Source of the DNA: Candidatus Vogelbacteria bacterium
Lineage (GTDB): Bacteria; Patescibacteriota; Minisyncoccia; Phycocordibacterales; XYD1-FULL-46-19
Direction: 5' to 3'
Assembly (NCBI GenBank): GCA_016188295.1
Contig: JACPIA010000011.1
Coordinates: 3,993 to 67,992 of the forward strand
Length of the DNA: 64,000 nt
Shown: piece after piece, positions 1 through 8,710 of the stretch
How positions within the stretch are numbered: position 1 is the stretch's first letter
How the letters are laid out: each line of letters opens with the position of its first letter
Program-made: the position numbers and the translations under genes
Notes under the pieces: generated by a model
The model's input: only the letters and a program-made list of their open reading frames with translations
Database searches by the model: none
Told to the model about the DNA's origin: nothing

Positions 1-2279
1 TCGCGGATAATCGGCTCCACTTTGGCCACGACCCCCTCCTCGACCTCATAAATGAGCTCATCGTGGACTTGGAGCAACAAGTGAGCCTGATTAATTAGCC
101 CCGCCTCGCGCAAGGCTTTGTCGGCTCGTGGCATCGCAATTTTAATAATATCGGCGGCGGTACCTTGGATCGGCGCATTCATCGCCATCCGCTCGGCACT
201 CGCCCTGATAAACGGCAACTTCGATTTAATCCCGGCAAAATAGCGCCGACGACCAAAGTAGGTAGTGGTATACCCTAAGCGATAAGCGTCACTTTTAACC
301 TCATCAAAATAATGTTTAATCCGGGGGAAAGTGCGGAAATAATTATCGTAAAATTGCTCCGCCTCCTCGCGGGTACCGCCCAAATTGGTCCGTAGAGCAT
401 TTACCCCCATACCGTAAATAATGCCGAAGTTAATCACCTTAGCCTGGCGACGCATCTCTTTAGTCACCTCCTCTTGCTTGACCCCAAATACCAGCGAGGC
501 CACCCCACTGTGTACATCCTCACCATTTTTAAAAATCTCAATTAAAGCTTTATCACCCGAGAGTTGAGCCAACACCCGCATCTCAATTTGGGAGTAATCG
601 ACGGCCAACCACACGTGTCCAGGTGTCGCCACAAAACCACGTCTGATTTCCAACCCTCGTTCGCCTCGTGTTGGTATATTTTGGAGTCCTGGATTTTGGG
701 AGGACATCCGCCCAGTCGCCGCTCCCGCTTGATTAAGTTGGGTGTGGATCCGATTCTGGTTGTCAGCCAACAGTGGTATCGGATCAATATAAGTACCGGC
801 TAATTTGGCCACCTCCCGATACTCCAGCAATTCATTAATAATCGGGTGAGTGTCTTTGAGCTTAATCAACTCTGACTCACGGGTGGAGCGGGCCCCGCCA
901 GCCGTCTTTTTAAGTCCTTTCACCACCAAACCCAAGCGATCAAACAAAACCTCGCCTAATTGCTTGGGCGAATTAATATTAAACTCTCCTTGGGCTAATT
1001 TATAAATTTTAGTCTCGAGCGCCTTTAACTTCTCATGATAACGCTTAGATAATTGTTTAAAGTGATCGCGATCAATTAAAATCCCCCAGCTCTCGGCCGC
1101 TTTAATAATCGGCATTAGCGGCACCTCTATTTGCTCAAACACTTTCAATAAATCCGCTTGTTTAAGTTTATCAACTAACACTAATTTAGCCTCGGCTAAA
1201 TTAGTGGCTTTAGTATATTCTAAAACATCAGCATAACTTGGCGTCGTCTTTTCTGAATTTAGGAGCCAAAGCATAATAGCCGCTTCCTCCCAGCCAGCTT
1301 CAGTTGCTGAAGCTGGCTGGTCCTGAGCTTTGTCGAAGGGCACACTGTTCATCCCCCCAATCAAACTTTTTACTCTCGTCAACAAACTCTTAAACTCTAG
1401 TTGGGTAAACAAAACTTCAACTGGTTCAAGTTGGAAGCTTTCGCTCCAGGTTTTGTCCGGTAATTTAAACTCAATCGGGGCATCTCGGCGGATAGTAGCG
1501 AGAGTTTTAGAAAAGAATGCTTCCTCCTCTCCTTCGACTAATAAATTAATAATTCGATCGGTTAATTTAAGTTCTTTAAAAACCGCTTTGTCTTTTTTAA
1601 GCACTTTATACAACGCCTCAATGGTGCCAAATTTTTGGATTAAAATAGTGGCCGTCTTCTCGCCGATGCCGGCAATACCAATAATGTTGTCAGACGGGTC
1701 GCCACGTAGACCTTTGTAATCCGGTAAATATTTAGGGGCAAAACCAAAGCGCTCGACCACTTGGGCCTCATCGTACAAAATTGTGTCGTTGATCCCCTTT
1801 TTTAGGGTGTAAACTTGAACTTGCTCTCCCGACACTAATTGCATCGTATCCATATCGCCTGAAGCAATCACCACTTTGATAGCTTTATTCCCTTTTAACT
1901 CCTCAACGATCGTGCCAATAATATCATCAGCCTCAAACCCAGGTTTATCGTAAAGCGGTACCCCAAAAGCGCTAAACACTTCGCGCGAGCGCTCCATTTG
2001 AGCAATTAAATCATCGTCGGTTTTCGCTCGTTTCGCTTTGTACTCGTCATAGACTTGCTTGCGAAAGGTTGGCACCGCTAAATCGTAACAAGCGGCCACG
2101 TAGTCTGGCTTAAGATCGGCTAAAATCTTAATCAGCATCGCGGCTAAGCCATAGAGCGCCCCGGTCGGCTCACCATTGCTCGCCGTAAAGTCAGGCAAGG
2201 CGTGATAAGCCCGATGCAAAATAGCGTGAGCATCAAATAAAACCATGGTTTTGGTTTTAGTGGCCGACTTTTTGATCAT
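1..2279 (-). CDS. polA: DNA polymerase I (3' end runs off window start)
   Basis: Manual translation from ATG 2279: MIKKSATKTKTMVLFDAHAILHRAYHA (5'-3' exonuclease); later ATGRMSSQNPGLQNIP, VDYSQIEMRVLA (motif A), RQAKVINFGIIYG (motif B), LQVHDELIYE (motif C). Missing from the ORF track because it has no stop inside the window. Confidence 0.97.
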   Translation of the reverse strand, partial: MIKKSATKTKTMVLFDAHAILHRAYHALPDFTASNGEPTGALYGLAAMLIKILADLKPDYVAACYDLAVPTFRKQVYDEYKAKRAKTDDDLIAQMERSREVFSAFGVPLYDKPGFEADDIIGTIVEELKGNKAIKVVIASGDMDTMQLVSGEQVQVYTLKKGINDTILYDEAQVVERFGFAPKYLPDYKGLRGDPSDNIIGIAGIGEKTATILIQKFGTIEALYKVLKKDKAVFKELKLTDRIINLLVEGEEEAFFSKTLATIRRDAPIEFKLPDKTWSESFQLEPVEVLFTQLEFKSLLTRVKSLIGGMNSVPFDKAQDQPASATEAGWEEAAIMLWLLNSEKTTPSYADVLEYTKATNLAEAKLVLVDKLKQADLLKVFEQIEVPLMPIIKAAESWGILIDRDHFKQLSKRYHEKLKALETKIYKLAQGEFNINSPKQLGEVLFDRLGLVVKGLKKTAGGARSTRESELIKLKDTHPIINELLEYREVAKLAGTYIDPIPLLADNQNRIHTQLNQAGAATGRMSSQNPGLQNIPTRGERGLEIRRGFVATPGHVWLAVDYSQIEMRVLAQLSGDKALIEIFKNGEDVHSGVASLVFGVKQEEVTKEMRRQAKVINFGIIYGMGVNALRTNLGGTREEAEQFYDNYFRTFPRIKHYFDEVKSDAYRLGYTTTYFGRRRYFAGIKSKLPFIRASAERMAMNAPIQGTAADIIKIAMPRADKALREAGLINQAHLLLQVHDELIYEVEEGVVAKVEPIIR

Positions 2280-2706
2280 AATTAATTTCCCGGGTCTGAT
2301 TGTCAATAAATTTAAACCTTAACTCTAAATCTGGCGGCGGCAAAATATCCGTCACTCGCTCCGGCCACTCCAAGACCATTAAAGTCTCGGGACTCGCCAA
2401 CCATTCACTGAAACCTAATTTAGCTAAATCCGCTCCGCCCTCCAAGCGATAACAATCAATGTGCATTAATTTTTGCCAATCCGTGTGGCCGGTCTCATAC
2501 GTTTTTTGAATCACAAACGTCGGACTAGTCACCGGCAAATCAATACCCAATTCTTTGGCCAAACTTTGGGTAAAAGTGGTTTTACCTGTCCCTAAATCGC
2601 CGGTTAAAAAAAGTACAGTCGCTTTAACTTCATTAGGTTTTAAAAGCGTAATGATTTGACCAGCCAAAGCACTGGTATCTGCTGGACTTCGGCTAATTAA
2701 TTGCAT
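2257..2706 (-). CDS. tsaE: tRNA t6A biosynthesis ATPase TsaE (YjeE)
   Basis: GDLGTGKTTF Walker A, VTSPTF, HIDCYRL, EWPE motifs. Confidence 0.95.
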   Translation of the reverse strand: MQLISRSPADTSALAGQIITLLKPNEVKATVLFLTGDLGTGKTTFTQSLAKELGIDLPVTSPTFVIQKTYETGHTDWQKLMHIDCYRLEGGADLAKLGFSEWLASPETLMVLEWPERVTDILPPPDLELRFKFIDNQTREINYDQKVGH

Positions 2707-2739
2707 ATGCCAATCTTAACATAGAACAAACCTTCCAAT

Positions 2740-3968
2740 TTAGAGCTGGTTTAAGGCCTTTACTGTTTGCGGACCAACCCTCCCATCCTCTCCTCTTATT
2801 CCATATTTAGCTTGAAAAGTATTAATAGCAGTTCGGGTACAAGGACCAATCACTCCCGTGCGAGCGCAGTCATTTTTAGTCTTATTACTAGGAGGGTAAA
2901 CTTCGTCAAATATTAAGGCGGTTTGTAAAGCAAAGATGTCTAACGGGACAGATCTATTACCCACTAAATTACTCCATTGATGTGGAATTAATAAAGTGCC
3001 GTAAGACTTAACCACATCAACATTATCCGAATTAAAAAAATCTTCCAGTCCTAAATAAGTTTGAAAGGCTAAATCTTTTAGGGCTAAGGTACGCACCTCT
3101 TTGTTTTGAAATTGAGATTCATAAATATAACCATACTCAATTAAAACACTGGCGGTATCAGCGCTATTATTAGCTCCCACCGCAATCAACTCCGGCTCAT
3201 CAATAATACCAGTCGACTCTCCCGGTAAATTACTCACCGGGTTATATTTAGCTAAACGTTTAAACAAACTATCAGCTAATGTTTTAGTGGCCTCACTATT
3301 GCCATACTGACTCGCCGGAACGTAAATAGCAAAACCAGAGTATTCTCCTGGTCGCCGGGTATTAGGCCGAATATTGTCGTTAAAATGAATATTAATAGTA
3401 ATATCGATATCATTTTCGTTAGCCCACTTATTAAGACCATATAAACGTGTAGCCACCTCATTTGGTGCATCATTATGAACTACCGCTGAATAGGTTTTTA
3501 CTATTTGACCCATTACTACAAGACGAGAAAACTCTTCTTTTAAGAGGCTTCTCCATTCAATAATATCGGCCCAATTATTTTGATAATAATTAACAAACTC
3601 CGTACTCCAGGCTTTATTGTCTCGAGCAATAAAGACTTGATAGTGCGGATTGTTCTCTAAAAGTTTTTGTAAAAACTGCCCAAGCTCCATCGTCATATCA
3701 CGCTCTTTTAAATTATTAAATTCGGCCCCGCCAAAATTAGGCTCATGCCCTGGGACAATCAAAATCCGCACTTTTTTAGGCGAGGAGGTGGTCGCAACGT
3801 CAGTATAATTAGCTTTTATTTGGGTAACTGATTTAAAATTATGGCGGTTAATTGATTGGTCATCTCCCCTACTGTCGATAAAGTAGTTAGTATTTGATTA
3901 GAGAAAAAACAAATAAAAACTAAAATCAATCCAAAAATAATTATGGCACCAACTTTAGTCTTATTCAT
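2740..3968 (-). pseudogene. N-acetylmuramoyl-L-alanine amidase (Amidase_3) with C-terminal peptidoglycan-binding domain; apparent frameshift near the 5' end
   Basis: ILIVPGHE, LKE, NIHFND, LIEYGY zinc-amidase motifs; FQAKYGI..GRVGPQT PG-binding motif. The signal/TM segment (ATG 3968, stop 3816-3818) is in a different frame from the catalytic ORF. Confidence 0.75.
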
Positions 3969-3990
3969 CCTAAAGCATATTATACAATAC

Positions 3991-4027
3991 AAAAAGGGCC
4001 CGCTGATCTTCTAAATCAATGGGCCCT
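3991..4027 (-). terminator. Intrinsic terminator of the 4037-4498 gene
   Basis: AGGGCCC...GGGCCCT stem followed by a T-run on the minus strand. Confidence 0.7.
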
Positions 4028-4036
4028 GGTCTGTTA

Positions 4037-4498
4037 TTAGTCACGGCGTATTCGTGGCCGAGGTGATGACTGGACGACTCTCGGGTGGGTGCGATTATGC
4101 TCACGATGATCGAGGAATCGATCGATCGCTTGCGTCGCTACCCTGGCCATATTTTCTTGCCGGCGAGTCTGCTCTCTTTCCAGATCGCGTTGGTGATCCA
4201 AACGATCTCGTTGCCGGCGAGTGTATTCCCGATTCCAATCGCGTTGGTGATAATTGGCCGCTTTAGCCAAATCAACCTGATAACGATACTGCTCGGATTG
4301 CATCCGAGCGGCTGTCTGCAGGGCCTGATTCGATCCCTGCTCGGAGTATACCCCCCCGTGCAACGTCAACGCATTGGCTGTGGCGCTGTCCATTACTGGT
4401 GTTGAACTGTACCCCACCGGTTGGCCAGAATTGGAGGTAACACACCCATTCAACACCAGAACCAATCCCAACGCCATCATTACAAAGTGCTTAAACAT
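4037..4498 (-). CDS. Hypothetical lipoprotein with Arg/Gln-rich coiled coil
   Basis: Lipobox LVLNG-C; SD AAGGGAG; own promoter and terminator. Confidence 0.7.
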   Translation of the reverse strand: MFKHFVMMALGLVLVLNGCVTSNSGQPVGYSSTPVMDSATANALTLHGGVYSEQGSNQALQTAARMQSEQYRYQVDLAKAANYHQRDWNREYTRRQRDRLDHQRDLEREQTRRQENMARVATQAIDRFLDHREHNRTHPRVVQSSPRPRIRRD

Positions 4499-4562
4499 GG
4501 CATTTCTCCCTTATTTTTATGGGCCCAATTGCCCACTTCCATCCCTATCGTCTCTACCTTCT

Positions 4563-4591
4563 ATTATACACCCATTCCTCATTCCTGTCAA
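4563..4591 (-). promoter_or_regulatory. Consensus sigma70 promoter for the lipoprotein gene
   Basis: TTGACA-17 nt-TATAAT on the minus strand. Confidence 0.85.
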
Positions 4592-4597
4592 TAGTCC

Positions 4598-4622
4598 ACC
4601 ACAGAGGACGGTCCTCTGTGGT
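4598..4622. repeat. REP-like palindrome
   Basis: ACCACAGAGGAC-G-GTCCTCTGTGGT, 12-bp perfect arms. Confidence 0.7.
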
Positions 4623-4632
4623 AAATAACCTT

Positions 4633-4663
4633 TATTTATCAACAACGAGGCTAAGCCTCGTTG
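4633..4663. repeat. REP-like palindrome, same family as the RAYT-flanking repeats
   Basis: TATTTATCAA-CAACGAGGCT-A-AGCCTCGTTG; 29/31 identical to the copies at 32391 and 33087. Confidence 0.9.
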
Positions 4664-4676
4664 TGTTTTGAATAAC

Positions 4677-4712
4677 AAAAAACTGCTCATCCACGTCTAG
4701 GATGAGCAGTTT
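4677..4712 (-). terminator. Intrinsic terminator of a small minus-strand transcript
   Basis: 13-bp arms AAACTGCTCATCC/GGATGAGCAGTTT with T-run on the minus strand. Confidence 0.75.
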
Positions 4713-5080
4713 CAGATTGAGTTATGAGAAGCAAAAACAAACGATGTCTAACCTATCGCCGGCGGATGAGTAGACTGGGACAATTTTGCCCATTCCATTT
4801 ATAGTACTCCTCTTTTTTTAATCCCCTGGTTTGTCCAGGTTAACAACTCATCTCAAATCAAGATGAGTATTATAGACATAAAAAAATTATATCTATAATA
4901 CTCATCTTGATTATTTTAAGAACATCTTATTTTAAAGTAACAAAAACTATACTATCTAGTCAAGTATTTCATAAATGGACTCTAAATAGACCAATTGTGG
5001 GTTATCCCCAACTTACGCTCTAGTAAGTTTGGCGTTTGGTGCTAGGAATAAAAAGAGATTCTGCGATACAATATAAGAAC

Positions 5081-6784
5081 ATGCCTAACTTCAATGATGA
5101 TAGCCAATTAAGGCGAGTAGATGACCTCCGCGCCAAGGAGGCAGAAAAATTATCACAGCTATTAGCCGATAAATACCAACTCCCCTATCTTGATCTTTCA
5201 CAAACAGCAATCAATACTGATGCTCTTCGCTTAATCCCAGAGATCGAAGCCCGCGAGGCTGGTGTGGCGGCTTTTAAATTAGTTGGCCGCACAATCTCAT
5301 TGGCGATTATGTCGCCCAATAATCAAAAACTAAATGCTATTTTAGAGGATTTGAAAGGTAAAAACTTTGCTATCACTTTGTACTTAGCTTCGGAGATTGG
5401 TGTGGCTCGTGCTTGGGAACGTTACCGTGAAATTTCCCGTTCCGAGCGCACTGAAGCCGGTTTAATTGAGATCTCCAGTGAGGTCATCACCGAGATTATT
5501 CCCAAAATTAAAACTCTCGACGATATTAAAAACTTACTTGGAGTCGAAGCGGAAAAAACTTTGAGTGAAGGTGGCATCACCGGCATTGTGGAAATGATTT
5601 TGGCTGGTGCCTTAGTCACTGAGGCCTCAGATATTCACCTTGAGCCCGAAGAAGAGGATATCCGCCTACGCTACCGCCTCGATGGTGTCTTAGAGGATAT
5701 TACCCACTTTAATAAAAAAATTAACCGCCAAGTGAACTCCCGTCTCAAATTAATGTCTGGCCTTAAACTTAATGTGACTCAAAGTGCCCAAGATGGTCGT
5801 TTTAGTATTAAGATCGATGATGTCGAGATCGAGATCCGCACATCGGTTTTACCCGGCGCTTATGGTGAAACGATTGTCTTGCGAGTATTAAATCCTAAAA
5901 ACATTGCAGTCTCGTTTACCGATTTAGGTATTGAGACCCACTTGTTTGAGATCTTTAACCGCGAGATTAGAAAACCCAATGGTCTAATCCTCCTCACTGG
6001 TCCGACTGGCTCCGGTAAAACCACTACTCTCTACGCCTTTTTGCGCGAGATTAATAATCCAGAGAGTAAGATTATTACTATTGAGGATCCGATTGAGTAT
6101 CATTTAAATGGTGTCAGTCAGACCCAAGTTAACCGAGCCAAAAAATACACTTTCCTGTCGGGTCTACGCGCCGCTTTGCGTCAAGATCCGGATGTGATTA
6201 TGGTGGGCGAGATTCGCGATGAGGAGACGGCTAAAATTGCCATTAACTCGGCTTTGACTGGTCACTTAGTCCTCTCCACTCTCCACACCAATAATGCCGC
6301 CGGGACGATCCCCCGCTTAATTGATCTAGGAATTAATCCTAAAATTATGAGTTCGTCGCTAACAGTTGCCGCTGCTCAGCGCCTCGTCCGTAAACTGTGC
6401 CTCAAATGTCGTCAAGAAAAAGTGACCGACACTAAAGAATTGGAACTGATTAATAAAGTGTTAGCCAATATTAAAGCTAAGCGCCCCGAGTTTAATCCGC
6501 TATCCGCCAGCTGGCGGAGCGGAAAAACTTGGGAGCCGGTCGGCTGTGAGGATTGTCATCAAACTGGCTACAAGGGCCGTATAGGCGTTTTCGAAGCTAT
6601 TATTATGGATGACAGCATTGCCCAGGTGGCGACCACCAATCCAAGCGAAAGAGATATTGTCTTAGCTGCCAAACCGCAAAAAATCCTCGATATGCGCGAG
6701 GATGGCGTCCTTAAAGTAGTTAGTGGCGTTACCGCTTTGGCCGAGCTAGGGCGAGTAATCGATTTAGATGCTCCGTTCTTTTAA
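5081..6784 (+). CDS. Type IV pilus / T2SS assembly ATPase (PilB/GspE)
   Basis: ASDIHLEP, QDGRF, GPTGSGKTTT, TIEDPIEY, LRQDPDVIMVGEIRD, STLHTN, two CxxC zinc motifs; ATG 5081 follows TACAAT. Confidence 0.95.
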   Translation: MPNFNDDSQLRRVDDLRAKEAEKLSQLLADKYQLPYLDLSQTAINTDALRLIPEIEAREAGVAAFKLVGRTISLAIMSPNNQKLNAILEDLKGKNFAITLYLASEIGVARAWERYREISRSERTEAGLIEISSEVITEIIPKIKTLDDIKNLLGVEAEKTLSEGGITGIVEMILAGALVTEASDIHLEPEEEDIRLRYRLDGVLEDITHFNKKINRQVNSRLKLMSGLKLNVTQSAQDGRFSIKIDDVEIEIRTSVLPGAYGETIVLRVLNPKNIAVSFTDLGIETHLFEIFNREIRKPNGLILLTGPTGSGKTTTLYAFLREINNPESKIITIEDPIEYHLNGVSQTQVNRAKKYTFLSGLRAALRQDPDVIMVGEIRDEETAKIAINSALTGHLVLSTLHTNNAAGTIPRLIDLGINPKIMSSSLTVAAAQRLVRKLCLKCRQEKVTDTKELELINKVLANIKAKRPEFNPLSASWRSGKTWEPVGCEDCHQTGYKGRIGVFEAIIMDDSIAQVATTNPSERDIVLAAKPQKILDMREDGVLKVVSGVTALAELGRVIDLDAPFF

Positions 6785-6955
6785 AATCAAACTGAGAACC
6801 CTCTAAGCAATCCCTTCAATAGTGCTATTAAAGTTAGGAAAATTCGTCAGGATGGCTCTCGTAAGTCCTCCAAAAGAGGAAACCAAAGCGTCCTGCCAAA
6901 TAGACCCGTACGAGATGTTGCCATCTCAATTGCTTAGAGGGTTCTCGGTTGGATT
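6785..6955 (-). ncRNA. Candidate structured RNA or miniature inverted-repeat element
   Basis: 18-bp perfect terminal IR (6794-6811/6929-6946) enclosing a GAGATG-GCAA-CATCTC hairpin and nested stems. Confidence 0.5.
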
Positions 6956-6989
6956 AATACCAGCTCTATGTTAGCATAAAACAAATTAT

Positions 6990-7964
6990 ATGTCAATAGA
7001 ACCTCAAAACGATATCACTTATCTTGATAAATCCCTCCGGCCAACAGTGTGGGGTGATTATATCGGCCAAGCTTCGACTAAGCAAAATTTACAGATTTTA
7101 ATTAATGCCGCGCGAGAGCGGGGTCATCCACCGGAACACTTATTATTTTACGGACCACCTGGTTTGGGCAAAACCACCTTGGCTTATTTAATCGCTGAAG
7201 AAATGGGCGCTCAAATTAAGGTCACCTCCGGTCCGGCGATTGAAAAGGTGGGCGATCTGGCTTCCATTTTAACCAATTTATCCCCGGGTGATATTTTATT
7301 CATTGACGAAGTACATCGTTTGAACAAATTAATCGAGGAGGTATTGTATCCGGCCATGGAATCAGGTTCCCTTAATATTATTTTAGGTAAAGGACCGGGC
7401 GCCCGCGTTATTCAACTTGATTTACCACCCTTTACTTTAGTGGCGGCCACCACTCGCTTAGCTTTACTGTCGGCTCCCTTGCGTTCCCGTTTCTCTGGTG
7501 GCACCTTTCGTTTAGAGCTTTATCAACCAGAGGAAATCGCTCAAATTATTAAGCGCTCCGCTTTATTATTAAATATTGAGCTCGAGAGTGAAGCGGCGCG
7601 GGCTATTGCCGAGCGTAGTCGTTGTACTCCTCGTATTGCTAATCACTTACTTAAGCGTTGTCGCGACTTTGCCCAAGTATCTAAAACGACCTTAACTCGT
7701 GAAAGTGTTAATGATTGTTTGACCATGCTTGGCTTAGATAATTTAGGTTTATCCCCCGCCGATCGTTTATTACTCGAGACTTTAGTGGATAAATTTAATG
7801 GTGGACCGGTAGGAGTTGGTACTTTAGCTACTGCCTTATCGGAGGAGGAAGATACGATTGAAGATGTTCATGAGCCTTATTTAATTCAACTGGGCTTACT
7901 AGAGCGCACTCCGCGTGGCCGAGTAGTAACCACTCATGGCTACAAACATTTGGGCCGACTATGA
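6990..7964 (+). CDS. ruvB: Holliday junction branch migration helicase RuvB
   Basis: LRP..DYIGQ, GPPGLGKTTLA, FIDEVHRL, ATTR, EPYLIQ..RTPRGR. Confidence 0.98.
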   Translation: MSIEPQNDITYLDKSLRPTVWGDYIGQASTKQNLQILINAARERGHPPEHLLFYGPPGLGKTTLAYLIAEEMGAQIKVTSGPAIEKVGDLASILTNLSPGDILFIDEVHRLNKLIEEVLYPAMESGSLNIILGKGPGARVIQLDLPPFTLVAATTRLALLSAPLRSRFSGGTFRLELYQPEEIAQIIKRSALLLNIELESEAARAIAERSRCTPRIANHLLKRCRDFAQVSKTTLTRESVNDCLTMLGLDNLGLSPADRLLLETLVDKFNGGPVGVGTLATALSEEEDTIEDVHEPYLIQLGLLERTPRGRVVTTHGYKHLGRL

Positions 7965-8437
7965 ATAAGATTATTTTAGGAATTGACCCGGGTTATGATC
8001 GCTGTGGCGTGGCGGTAATTAGCACTCGACCCACCATCACTCTACTTTATTCTGACTGTCTAACCACTAACCCTAAAGCTGTTTTTTCTAATCGTTTAGC
8101 GAGTTTAGGATCAAGTTTAGATAAAATTATTAAAGAATATAAACCAAGTGATATAGTGCTTGAAAAATTATTTTTTAGTAAAAACCAAAAAACAGCCAGT
8201 CGGGTCGCCGAGGTCCGAGGTGTGATTTTATATTTAGCCGGCATACATCATTTAACCACTACCGAGTATGCCCCATCAGAGATTAAATTAACCATTACTG
8301 GTTTTGGTGGTGCCAACAAACAACAAATCACCGCGATAGTCCCGAAATTAATTAAAATAATTAAATTACCTAGACACGATGATGAGTATGACGCTATCGC
8401 CGTCGCCCTAACCCACCAAGCTCATTCCCCTAATTAG
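7961..8437 (+). CDS. ruvC: Holliday junction resolvase RuvC
   Basis: ILGIDPG, EKLFF, GGANKQQ, DDEYDAIAVA; ATGA overlap with ruvB. Confidence 0.95.
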   Translation: MNKIILGIDPGYDRCGVAVISTRPTITLLYSDCLTTNPKAVFSNRLASLGSSLDKIIKEYKPSDIVLEKLFFSKNQKTASRVAEVRGVILYLAGIHHLTTTEYAPSEIKLTITGFGGANKQQITAIVPKLIKIIKLPRHDDEYDAIAVALTHQAHSPN

Positions 8438-8546
8438 CAGTTTATCCACATCAAACAAAAGGGTGGCTTGCAAAACTATTGGGCTATGTTACAAATATAA
8501 GCACGTTTACAAGTGGGTCGTTTATTAATTAAATAAAATACATCAT

Positions 8547-8678
8547 ATGGATGATGATACAATAATCCCTGGTGGCGTCTTAGACGGCGGTGAAACCGAC
8601 TTAGACCCTGAAGAAAAGGTAGATATTGATGAAGAAGCGGATATCGACAGTGATATCCCAGAAGAAGAAACTTTTTAA
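8547..8678 (+). CDS. 43-aa highly acidic protein (not in ORF track)
   Basis: MDDDTIIPGGVLDGGETDLDPEEKVDIDEEADIDSDIPEEETF, followed directly by a terminator. Confidence 0.7.
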   Translation: MDDDTIIPGGVLDGGETDLDPEEKVDIDEEADIDSDIPEEETF

Positions 8679-8710
8679 CCAAAAGCCCCTATAACAGGGG
8701 CTTTTGGTTT
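8677..8710. terminator. Bidirectional terminator between the acidic ORF and tyrS
   Basis: AACCAAAAGCCCCT...AGGGGCTTTTGGTT. Confidence 0.85.

Noticed and set aside
542-1719. ORFs 542-787, 564-803 and 1330-1719
   Set aside because: Alternative-frame or antisense shadows of polA
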